Source: the human T2T-CHM13v2.0 reference genome, Homo sapiens. Taken from it: a DNA stretch of 64,000 nt. A model generated the notes under the pieces. The model did not search any database. It saw only the letters and a list, made by a program, of their open reading frames with translations, and was not told where the DNA came from. The number at the start of each line of letters is the position of its first letter. Position 1 is the first letter of the stretch. A program made the position numbers and the translations under genes. This document shows, piece by piece, positions 13,292-25,351 of the stretch. The stretch lies in the NCBI RefSeq assembly GCF_009914755.1, contig NC_060928.1; one strand, given 5' to 3'.

Positions 13292-14128
13292 TCACCTGCA
13301 ATCGCTGTTGGAGGGATGGGTCATAATGGAGGCCAACTTTTCCATTTCAGAGGCAGAGCAGACAATACCATCAGCTCCCTCATCCAAAAGGCAAAGCATC
13401 CAGGTAGATAGGGGTTCCCCCATGCACTGCTGACACTGTTTACCTAATTTATGCAAGTCAGTTGGGGTATAGGCACTGTATGACATGTGCTCCACCACAG
13501 TAGGGGGTCCCTGAACCCCCACGCCCTGGGGCCCCAGTGGCTGTTCCTGCTCTATTTTCTGACGGACCACTGGGTGAGCCTGCAGTGGAGGTTCTTCCTC
13601 CTTGGTATCAGACCTGGCGGGGGTCTCTGACTGGGATGGCTGGCCCAGGCCCACACTAGTGGCAGGCCCTAATTCTCGTTTCAAGCTGTATGTCCGGATC
13701 TCCAGGCGCTCTGCTTGACCCTGGAGGTCCCTTACCTGAGCTGTATCCCTCAGGGACTGAGTGTGCACTTCCTGTAGCACAGTCAAAAACGCCCATCCAA
13801 CTCTGCCGGCAAAGGCTCGCTCCTTTTCAGTGCTCTGTGCTTCAAAGTGCTTCAGCGCCTTCTCCATGGTCATGGGAGACCCGTCCACCATCACCCGTGT
13901 TTTCACCGGGGCCCATCTGAGCAGGAAGGCTGCCACAAGGTACCACAACCCATGCTGAGACCACATAGCTGACCCAGGACCATCAGGGGCTGAGGACTCA
14001 CTCACCTCAGAATCCTGTTGACTACGCCAATTATCAGGTTCCAACCTGAGCTGGGGTCCAAGGGGAGTGGGTGAATGGATGGCAGGTAGTTGAAACAACA
14101 CTCGGGGGGCCGTAGGCAGGTGGGACAT
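13292..14128 (-). CDS. Open 278-aa ORF: LTR/leader-derived N-terminus fused to ERV-L-type Gag N-terminal part; translation unproven
   Basis: The track start at 14146 is GTG; first ATG at 14128 (GCCATGT); probable native gag ATG at 13966 (MWSQHG); YTPTDLHKLGKQCQQCMGEPLSTWMLCLLDEGA resembles ERV-L Gag/Fv1. Confidence 0.4.
   Translation of the reverse strand: MSHLPTAPRVLFQLPAIHSPTPLGPQLRLEPDNWRSQQDSEVSESSAPDGPGSAMWSQHGLWYLVAAFLLRWAPVKTRVMVDGSPMTMEKALKHFEAQSTEKERAFAGRVGWAFLTVLQEVHTQSLRDTAQVRDLQGQAERLEIRTYSLKRELGPATSVGLGQPSQSETPARSDTKEEEPPLQAHPVVRQKIEQEQPLGPQGVGVQGPPTVVEHMSYSAYTPTDLHKLGKQCQQCMGEPLSTWMLCLLDEGADGIVCSASEMEKLASIMTHPSNSDCR
14000..14008 (-). promoter_or_regulatory. Retroviral major splice donor
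   Basis: GAG|GTGAGT just downstream of the PBS (GT at 14005-14004). Confidence 0.7.
14012..14029 (-). promoter_or_regulatory. Primer-binding site, tRNA-Ser
   Basis: TGGCGTAGTCAACAGGAT, 16/18 complementary to the tRNA-Ser 3' end (ATCCTGCCGACTACGCCA), 2 nt from the LTR end. Confidence 0.92.
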
Positions 14129-14352
14129 GGCTTTATTATGCACCACCCCTCACAGTGTCAGTGATACATTTATGCACTTCATAGACAATAGTGGCTCAGA
14201 GCCAGGTGGTGAGCCCACTCATAACATGGTTACATAACTGTGGTTATATAATGCAAGGGATTGTGCACCTGTGCTCCAACCCTGCTGTGTCATGCTATGC
14301 CAGATGTTTACCTTGGCCTACTCTTGACTGCTGCACAGCCATTTTCCTTACA
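14032..14352 (-). mobile_element. 5' LTR (LTR18-like), 321 bp, putative promoter
   Basis: TATATAA at 14244-14250, AATAAA at 14132-14137, GTTACATAAC at 14229-14238; terminal CA mutated to TA. Confidence 0.93.
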
Positions 14353-14474
14353 GCGACAGAAGATAACATTAAAGGGAATGTTAAGGAAAGACCATCAATA
14401 GTTTCAAAGGCTACCAAAATTAGATCTGAAAAAATTCTAGTGCCAGAAAATTAGTTTATATTCAAATATTGAGA

Positions 14475-14690
14475 GACAGTGTATATAACTTACTAGGTAA
14501 GAGTAGATTCAGGAGTGTGTTGTCTGTTTCTGCCACTTACCGGCTATGTGATTTGGTAGTTATGTCATGCCTAGCCTCAGTTTTCTCATCTGTAAAATTG
14601 GAGTGATAATAGTGGCCACTTCATGAATACATCATGAGTATTAAATGAATTAATATTTGTGAAATGCTTAGCCGGTATCTGTAACATAGA
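14475..14690 (+). mobile_element. MIR
   Basis: Core GCCTCAGTTTTCTCATCTGTAAAATTGGAGTGATAATAGT. Confidence 0.85.
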
Positions 14691-14753
14691 CCTATCTATC
14701 TGTATCTCTGTAACTATCATATATCTCACATGTTCTGGATATCTAGCTATCAT

Positions 14754-14754
<1 letters not shown>

Positions 14755-14797
<43 letters not shown>

Positions 14798-14817
14798 ATC
14801 ATCTATCTATCTATATC

Positions 14818-14860
<43 letters not shown>
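14755..14860. repeat. Compound (TATC)n microsatellite
   Basis: (TATC)10 TA TATC ATC (TATC)2 TA TATC ATC (TATC)10. Confidence 0.97.
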
Positions 14861-14861
<1 letters not shown>

Positions 14862-15972
14862 GTCATTCCAGATAAATATATGTGTATCTTATATAATTAT
14901 GGCTTAATGAAAAAAAGCATTTTTCATTGAAATAATCTATTATAAATATAGATATTGGTAGGAAGATGTGGTTACAAACCCAGGTATAATTTTACTCCAA
15001 AGCTTGTATTCTGTTCTCCAGGAAAACACTGTCCAATGTTTGCTTACAGTTTTGTTAGCACAGCCAACAATCACAGTATTGTTTGAGAACATAAACCAGC
15101 TCAGATTGAGAAATTAGAGACAGTGATAGGATATTGAAGCTTGACAATTGTCAAAAAAGTATTGCTAGTAAATGACAAAGTAAATATTCATATCTGAATC
15201 TAAAAGAACACAACCCTTGAGTTGTTTTCATTGCACCATGTTGCCTACCTAGAAAAGAAAGGTGGGTAGAAAGCAAACTTAAAAGTTAAAGGTGAAAGAA
15301 TCAGTCATACCTTAAGTAAATATTGGAGAGACAAGATGCTTTGGATGATTGTCTTCATCAGTATGTGAATTCATGTATTATGTATCTTTTTATATCCCAA
15401 AGAACTACAATGATAATTGTACAGTTGATGTAATTGAATTGGAATTAACCCCCCACTTCTGTAGCTTAGACTTGGAGGAAAATGATTATAGAGTTTTATC
15501 AGTTTATTCCTTTTCTCTTTGAATATCAGCAAGCTCTATAAATTTTCATGTACATAATTGTAAAAGGTCAATAAATGATTAAATTTTTTGTAGGCATTGT
15601 GATTTAAGAAATCCAGATAATAACTTCCCTAAGTATTAGATATTCAGAGACTCTAAAGTTATTATAAATTGCAGTTTAGAAATATGGATGGGAAATAGTC
15701 ATGTTAATTAGGAAGATACACTTGGAAATGAAGTAATTTTTTAAGGTAATTTCCTTGGTGAGTGCTTTACTGATAGCTTGAATTTATTTACCACACAGAT
15801 GTCATAATAAAATAGGTATTTATGGGGTAGTTTTTAATTAGAAATAATGGCTTCTAGAGTTAAAGTGATGAATCATTTTATCCATATATTGGCTTAAGTG
15901 GCCCTAATGAAAGATGATCCCATCAACAGTTTTGGACTATCCTAACTGAATGCTTTATCTTCTAAAACATAG

Positions 15973-16059
15973 CAAAATCTGTACTGCATTTCAAACTCTA
16001 CATCGACAATGAGATACAAAGATAATCAAAATATTAACCTGTGCTTTGGAAACAAACAG
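15973..16059 (+). other. Candidate 87-nt cassette exon
   Basis: CTAAC branch (15942-15946), no AG until TAG at 15970-15972, donor CAG|GTAATG, phase-0 frame open (QNLYCISNSTSTMRYKDNQNINLCFGNKQ). Confidence 0.35.
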
Positions 16060-16944
16060 GTAATGTTGCCTTTCATCATAACTGAAGCACTTTATAAATT
16101 AATAGAAAAATATCCTATATGGCTACATATTTCTAAATGTAAATGGGATTGGAAGAGAATCAACCAACCTTGTCAAATTTATGAGCATGAGTGCAATAGT
16201 CTAGCTGATGAGATGGCTTTGCAGGTATGAAGGATATGTCATTCAGAAGGACACATTGATTCAAGTTAGTTCTTTTCTGTTTGTTTGCATTTAATTATGT
16301 CCTAAAAGGATTGGTATAGAGAATAAAATATACATGAACTAGCACTTCTGATTTATAAAAGTATATCAATGACATTTCAATTTAAAGTACCACCACTGTA
16401 CAGAGAGTAAGACACTGTACATGCAACTTGCATTAACAATATTGAATTCAAATGAAAATTTATTTCTATTTTTCATTCTTCTTTTAGCCAATATATTTTA
16501 TTCCTACTGAAATGTACATTTTAACATCGGTTGTACTTAAAACCCACAATCAATAAAACTGAGAAACAAATATACATAAATAAAACTTGACAAAATATAC
16601 CTAATTTCTTTCCTTGTTCATCCCTTATTCAGGGAATGGTGTTTCTCATTGCCCCTTATATAATATGGGGTTGAGAAATTAAATTCACCACTAAATGACT
16701 ATGTAGAATTAAATTTTTTGTGAGTGCAACACATATCTGATATGCTGATATCAGAATATATTCTCCTGCATATTTTGGTATTAAGGATAGTAGAGGTTTA
16801 GTGATAACATTATAACCTCAAGTTCAGGAAAGCTTCAAGGTGGTTGTTAAAAGAGTAATGAGTCTTAAATGATAGTTTCATAATCAATGTCTTTGATGTA
16901 CAAATAGTCATTGATTGTTACTAATATCTCTTTTCCTTCCATAG

Positions 16945-16981
16945 GTCTTGACCTTTCCCTAAAGTATGAGCCAGAGCTAGA
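16945..16981 (+). other. Candidate short exon
   Basis: CTAAT branch, TCTCTTTTCCTTCCATAG acceptor, donor AGA|GTAAGA. Confidence 0.3.
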
Positions 16982-18479
16982 GTAAGATAGATAGTTGCTT
17001 CCTTTAATTTTAAATTTCTTATTATAACCATGATCATCATCACTTCTAACCAAAGAAAAAAGGTAGCTTGGGGATGTAATCTCTTTATAGACTCCGTCTT
17101 TTTAATGGAAACAATCTATCCTTGTGAGGAATCGGAAATAAATTTCACTGACCACGAAATAGGATCTTTAAGGTGCTTAAACAATCCTTCTATAAAATAG
17201 GACCAACCAAGAGGTGTCAGGGCCATCTGGCAGCAGCAGCTGTCCTCCCCATGGCTGTCCTCCTTGGATAGCAGGTGCTTCTTCAAGCCTTTGTCAGGGG
17301 AAATGGTTGTCTTTCAGAGGCTGAACGCTCAATAGTCGATGAGCCACTAAGATAGAGGACAACTCTTCTTTTAAAGAGTGATCAGTTCCAGGTGACTAGA
17401 CCTGTTTATTACCACCTCCAACAAGTTCCCTTGAGATTAAACTGTTCTAAATATTTTTGTTGATAGAATTTAGACAATTTCATATAAAAGTGTTGGGCAG
17501 AGAACAAACTAAGTATCAACAAAATGACTGGAATGTAACAAATTTCTGGTTGTGATGACACCATATAAGAAATTATTGGGATAGAAGGAAAGCAAGAACA
17601 TTTTAAGAGGCGGACTAGTATTAAATCTACCTCAGAAAGGAATGTATTTTAAGTCATAATATGGATGTCAATAATAGTTTATAAAGTTCTTGTCTGCTAG
17701 AATCATGTAACACTTCAAAGATTAAACTCTTAAATAACATGTAATAATAGTCATAATACTTCCTCTCTAAGTAACCTTAGATAAGTTAATGAATTTATCT
17801 CTGCTTTTCTTTCTTCATAAGTAAAATGGGGACAATGCTAGCTGCTTTCATAGTTTTGTGTTGGTGATTGAGTCAATATATATTGTGTTCAGCAAAGAGT
17901 AAGTTGCTACCATTTGTAGTATTTATATTAACAAAATGGACCTACAGAGCTTTTGCAGAATCAGTTGCCTTGCTTGGTATATGTAATCCAATTGATCTTT
18001 TCTCCTGAATTAGTGTAAGACCAGTTTCTTGATACTGACTCATTTCAAGATATAATTGAAATTACGCTGCCAGTTTTATGATTCTGTGAATGTCATAAAT
18101 TTTTGTTGGTAGTAATTATAAAGACAAAAAGCTTGATTCTTTAAAATCAAGTTAGTTATTATGTCATATTAGCCTGGTTATGACTATTCTCCTTTGCCAC
18201 GTTTCTTTCATACTCATCAATTTTTAGTCCATTCCACATCTACATACTTCTGCCATGCAGTTAGATTACATATAAAGCAGGCTTTTGCTTTTGAAAGACA
18301 AGAGAAGCCTGATAAGTAAAAATTACATTGTATTCTCTCCTAATCCTAAATCAGTATTGCAAGTACTTTATTAACCATACTATTTTTCTTACTTATTCTT
18401 GGCATAGGTATGAAGTTGCTAATTTCTTAAAGCTCAGGTTTAGTATAAGCTACAAAACCAATAGCCTTTATAGATTTCT

Positions 18480-18852
<373 letters not shown>

Positions 18853-19269
18853 TAGATTTCTATTTTAACATTAAAACTGGCAATTCTAGATCAAAGATGC
18901 ATAGAACAGAGAAATAAAATTATTATTTTTCTGCATTCCAGTGGCCCCTGGGCATCACTATGCATGGCTTATATATGGTATTTTCAGTATTTTATATGTA
19001 TATTTGTGCTATAATGTTATGGGCTCATTATATATAAAGACTATGTCTATTTTCTTATTTTCGTTTGAATTGTCAGACCATAATAGATTGCTTGTCACTT
19101 AGAATGAATTTAGTAATAGTTTGTTAAATTTAATTTGCCAATATGTATGTAGTATGTAAGATGTTTTAATATTGTCTCAGATGATTAAATGTTTACCAAG
19201 GAATAGCTTTTGATCTTAGATAATTTGTAGTTTCAGGACTGTGAATAGCTTTTTTTTTAAAAAAAAATC

Positions 19270-20090
19270 AGGCCACCTCTCTCCCTACTAAAGCTATAAT
19301 GTCTATGTTGCTAAATCTGATAGACACTTTACAGTCTCACCTTACTTAAATATCAATAGTATTTTAAGCATTTAAGGACTTACTTTTTTCTGAAAACTTT
19401 TTTTAATGTGGTGAAACAAATCATATTTCTTGCTCTTCCTTTTCAGTTTTAGGGAATATATTTGCATTTATTCCTTTCCCTGTTCACTAAATGCTAAAGT
19501 TCTTCATAGCTTGGCTGTTCGCCCTTTGGATTTCTATTCTAGTTGACTCTTAACATTTCTCTATAAGTACTGAATCTGTGTCACTGACTCCCAAATTTAT
19601 ACGTGTGTTGAGTTTCCTTCTGAGCTCCAGACTCATATAATCAGCTGCCTAATTGACATATCAGTTGGATATCTCATAGACTTCTTAAACTTAACATTTC
19701 ACAAATATTTTTTTAAAATCTTTTTCTGCCTTTCCAGACTCTTCTATCCACCAGTCTTCCTTATCTCAATAAATAATATTCCCTTCATGTCAAAGACTTT
19801 AGAATTATTTTTGATGCCTCTATATTACTTGCTCCAGAGCAAATCCATCCTTAGGTCCTATTAATCGAACCCTTCCAAAATATGTCTTAAATGGATTCAG
19901 TTTTGATTATATCTCTGCCATCCAATTAATCCAAGCCACCTGATTTTCTGATTCAGTCTCCTTCACTGGAATGTAAAATTGTTAAGGGTAGCAATTAGTT
20001 CTGTTTCGGATCTGGTTATTTTTCAAGTGCTTAGATCAATGTCTGGCTCACATTAGATATTGACAATTATTTGTGGAGTGATGGATTGAT
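19270..20090 (+). mobile_element. L2 fragments (3' region)
   Basis: GACTCCCAAATTTATA...CTGAGCTCCAGACTCATATA..CAGCTGCCTAATTGACAT and the L2 3'-end motif near 19965-20090. Confidence 0.75.
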
Positions 20091-23000
20091 GGGGGCTTCC
20101 TTAAAGAGTCTCTTCTGTAATCATTGATAAATGATACTATGATAATGAGGTCTGCAATGGTCATGGTGGGAAAAATGCTGGCAAATTCTGTATTAATTGA
20201 CACAGATATTATTGAGGTAAGTTTAAATGACCCTTTTGATGAACGCTTTCTGGAATTTTGACGCTATGATACATATTGACAGGGTGACTCACACTATGGA
20301 TATGCATGTATACATATGTTATGTATACATATATCTTTAACTTAAAACATATGGTATTTGACTATGAAATTCAGTGCATTCATGTAGTGCTAAAAATGAA
20401 ATGATATTTTGATTTTGACCTTTTCTTTCTGTAGTCAGAATAGATAATGGACACACACAGAATGGTTTCTTTCTCCTTTATCAATGCTTGCTTAATGATT
20501 ACTCCGAATCCTGCTATTTTTAAAATGTTCTCAAATTTCATTTGCAGTAATTTTGAATCAAGCACAGTTCTTTGTACTACTGTATTTTGTGAAATTTTAG
20601 CTTTTGATTCATTGAATAATTTCAAAATTAACCAAGGTTCTTCAAATATGCTACTTTTGAGGTTTTGATTAGAGCTGATTTTAAAACATACTCACAGCTT
20701 GTTTTAACTGATATAATTTGTAAAAATTAAGATTTGTAAAATTAAAGATGTACATCTCATCTCTCTCATTTTGAAACAAAATGGCTTTGCAAATGTTTTA
20801 ATTTACATTTTATAAAACAAAACTGATTTGTATGGCAGGATGGCCACTGAGATTTAAAAATATCACTCAAGTTCTATGAGAAGTTTTCAGACATTAAACT
20901 GCAGAACATAGAATTCATAATTCCATTTATGGTAGATGATATTGAAGTAAAAGCAAAGTAATCTACATTTTTAAATGCCAGAACAATTTTGGTATGCTGT
21001 GTGTTTTGAAAATATTTTGTCAGTAACACATATTGTCATATATAATTATGATATTTTGGTAAATTTTTATGTGATGTGACAATTTAAATTTGATATAGAG
21101 CTATTTTATTTTATGCAAGATATGGTCCCTGAAATTAAAAGTGAATAATTGACATTGCCATTCATAAAAATTTTTTGTAATAGAAGTATGTAATTTTTCC
21201 AAAGGAGTTCATGATCATTACTATAAATAAATGATAAAATAACAAAACAGCAAATGTAGATAGTAAAAGTAAAGGTCTCTTCCTAATCCTCTGCTTAAAT
21301 TTGAACTTCCACCAGAAGCGTATGGATTCATCATAAATATGTTAAGTTTTCCACATCAGTACATTTCTTGATGAATGCATGTGGGCCCATTACCGGTGTG
21401 AAAATGGAAAGGTTGGTTCAGGTTTCTGTATATAGACTCAGCAGGTCAATTTGTCTGCATTGTATTTTATATATTTTTGTTGAAGTCTAAAATGTGTCTT
21501 AAATCTTATTATTTTTCACAAATTCCTAAATGTATTGTCCAATATGTTACCTTTCACGGGGACAATTGCATTCTCCTCCTCTCCGGTCTTTTGCTTTCTC
21601 TCTTGTCCTTCACCTTCCATTCTCCATAAAACAGTCAGTGAAACCATCTCAAAGGGCTAATCTAATCTCATTACTTCTCTGCTTAAAACTTTCCAATTAG
21701 ACACCATTATTTGGTTATTTGGGGAAGTCCGTAGTAAAGTTATCAATGGGAAGTTAATCTGCATTGTCTCAGTTTCATTTTTAGTTAGTATTTCTACTGA
21801 ACATTTATTGGTGATCATTTTTGTAGTAGTCACATTTTAAAATTAAAAAAAATTAGATAATAATTTTAAATAGTAGATTATGTCAAATATTTCCAAGTAT
21901 AATGGGAATTCAAATTAAAAACCTTTTGAATGCAGATTTAATATCCCTATCCATGTTTACAAAACCATTTAAAAACAGTGTTTGCCTATGTAATACAGAG
22001 TTCCTTTTGCAGGCTATTTTTGTGAATAAACTATAGTCTTGCAGATGTTTGTTAGCATTACATTTATTGTAAAACATTAAGAGTCTCTTGTTGGGCAAGT
22101 TATTTCTAAAGAGGTTATAAAACATTGTTCATATAGAATACAGGAAGTATCTCAACTAGATCCAAAAAAATCAGTGTTAGGCAAATATTAGGAAAAAACT
22201 GAAGATTTATTTCACAAGCTTCTTAACTTACATTTTGGACATTCACATTTGCATATGAAAAATATACATTTATGTCAGCTGAAAACATGCATATGGATTT
22301 ATACCAGCTGGTAATTATTATTCTATTCTCAAGGAGCTCATAGTCTAGTAGGGAAAGGTCATAGTTGTTTTGCGAAGACTGACTTGTAAATAAATTGTTA
22401 CAGAAATGTGATAGTTCCTTAAGAGATATGTGAACAAGGAGCATTGCTGACATATACGTGAGCAATGAAATCTGCCAAAGTTCATAGAGGAAAGAAGTAA
22501 ATACCAGGAGACCTAGCACTGGAGGTTGCTCATTTTAGGCAGTGAGAACATGTTCAAAGGCATAGTGGTGTGAAACATCATGGTGGTCCCTAACGTGAAA
22601 ATACAAAGGTAGAGCAGTCTCCTTGTAAATGTTGAGGCCAATTTCCTGAAAATCATAGTGGTAAGGTTTATAGAGGGGAACATTAACACCTCATGTGAAA
22701 TACAGGGTGGGATCCACAGTTACTGTTCATATACAGAGAGCATTAGAATAATGCTTTTAAATGTGTGGTACTTGATATCAAAAAAAAAAGGGAGTCTAAG
22801 CTGGAGATAAACATTTGGGATTGATCAGCCCATAGGTAATAGAGAGAAGCAAATTGCCTGAAAATTTCAGGAACTATGAACATAATAGCCCTTACCAACT
22901 TTATTTTTATAATGCATAGATATCTAAAGTTCATAAATAATACTGAGTTATATAGTATTGATAGGAACCTAAAAGTAGGAAAACGGAAGAAGAATTTGTC

Positions 23001-24222
23001 AAAATATTGTTACATTTAAATTTAGAAAAATTATGTTTAAGGTAAAATAGTAGTGACCAGTACGCCATTGATCCAAAACTAAAAATACAGAATGTTCAGA
23101 TTAAATTTTATTCAACGCTTTGGAAAGTTGATTAAACTCCTATATAAAACATATGCAAGATAATAAATGCTGTTAAAAAAAAATTTAGGCTACCTGTTGG
23201 AAATTTGAAAACATTCTAAAAATATTCTTTGCATTTTTGTCATTGCAAAGTTTATTCAGTATAACATATTACTGACAGTGAAGGAGACACTTTGCATTAT
23301 TTCCTTGGCCAGGATAAATTGGGCCCCTCCCATTTTTGTTTCTCTTACCCCACTCATCTCATCATTCACAGTGTCTTGTCTATTTGATCTTTAACAGTTT
23401 TATATGTGTGATTTCTTGCTGCCACTGCTATTTGAGTTTACATGAAAGCTTTAACCTTCTAACTGATTTAAATTTTCTCTCATCTGCCACTTTCAAGCTG
23501 CGTACTGATCTCAGAGTCTTCTTTATAAAATATCATTTTCATCCTATAATTCTCCTTAGAAATATTGAATTAATTCTATCTACTTGATGTATACAGATCA
23601 AAATCCATGGGCAAGATTGTCCTCAAACAAACTCCCCATACAAGCTTCTCCTTCTCTATCAGCTCCACCTCAGACAAGCTTGCTCCATACTTAACTCATG
23701 TTGTTTTCCCTGCCTTGGAATTCTGCTCGTCCTCCTCCCTCCCTCCCCTTGCAACACTTACCCACGCTTCAGTGTCCAGGTGAAGTCCCACTCTCTTCCA
23801 CTGGACATTAATGACACTTTTCTCCAAATTCTTATGACACACATTCACATTTGGAACTTGATCCAAAGATAATTGTCAGCATACTTAACAGAATTTTATT
23901 ATTGATTTCCTCAGGCTTGTGTACCTTGTTTTTCCTGGCTTCCTGGAAAACTCCTCAGGGGCTGGCAACTTATTTTGTTCTTCTTGGAATTTCTGATACT
24001 CATCATTGTATTACTCATTTCTGTAAGCAGTTTTTGATGACATGACAGAACAAATGTGTCTTTAATAAGGGGACAAATATGAATATGACATGGGTGAAAG
24101 GAGGTAAGAATATTTTAGTACCTCTTTTGGAAAATTGCATGCTAAAATGCATATGAAAATATAAAACTGTATGTACTTGAATCACTCTATCACTTTCACA
24201 TTAACCTGTTGTATCTCCTTCC

Positions 24223-24339
24223 TTTTTTTATTTTTATTTTTATTTATTTATTTTTTATTTAATATTATTATACTTTAAATTTTAGGGTACATGTGCACAA
24301 TGTGCAGGTTAGTTACATATGTATACATGTGCCAGGCTG
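24223..24339 (-). mobile_element. Extremely 5'-truncated young L1PA 3' end
   Basis: T-rich tail then TTATTATACTTTAAATTTTAGGGTACATGTGCACAATGTGCAGGTTAGTTACATATGTATACATGTGCC. Confidence 0.9.
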
Positions 24340-24571
24340 TGATGAAGGAAGTACTTAGTGATAGTACACTAAGTACTATCAGAAATGAACTTATTTTATT
24401 TTTTATTTCTTGCTTTTTTAAAAACAATCTGCTATATATTTAACTCCCATAGAAGAGGCCCCATAGAAGATGTTCCTGTCTTCACTGCTAGGTCCTGGCA
24501 TTCGTATAGTGCCTGGAAGTTGATAAGTGTTAAATATTAGTTGAATGAATGGATGAATTAAATACGTTTAG

Positions 24572-24866
<295 letters not shown>

Positions 24867-25351
24867 GGTTGTTACGATCTTAAGATGGGACCTAACGATA
24901 ATATGTTACTTGTACTCACTGGGTGGTAAGTTGAAGGAAACAGAAACCCAGAAAAAAAAGATACTGAGCTAAGTAAATAATATTATAGAGCAAAACCAAG
25001 GCACTCATGAAAACATCGTCATGTTATAGTATTGTGTTAAATTAAAAATTTCTGATATGGGTTGCATCTCATAAAAGAGGCTTCTCTGTACTTATAAAGT
25101 ACCATCTGTTGTACTGTTCTCTGTGAATCTATCTGAGATTTATTAATTGTGAGGCCACTGTACTTAGAAATTTTTAAAAGAGTAAAATGGGGGCTTGAAA
25201 GATAATATTTGAGAAGAGCAACTCATTCTCAGCTTATTCTTCCATCAAGATATGGTTTCAAGTAATGTTTGAAAGTGAGTGACCCTTTTATAAATCAGAA
25301 GTGACACTTCTCTTGCTAAGAAAACAGATGTAAATGTTGTATTGTCTGATG

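Larger units (their letters stand above)
9937..14352 (-). mobile_element. Internally deleted HERV-S (HERVL18/LTR18) provirus, class III ERV
   Basis: Two ~320-bp direct LTRs, 5-bp TSD GTGAC (9932-9936)/GCGAC (14353-14357), tRNA-Ser PBS, PPT, gag-pro-RNaseH-IN tail-env order on the minus strand. Confidence 0.93.

Noticed and set aside
14659-14930. ORFs with IYLS repeats (also 43550-43771)
   Set aside because: Translations of TATC/AGAT microsatellites
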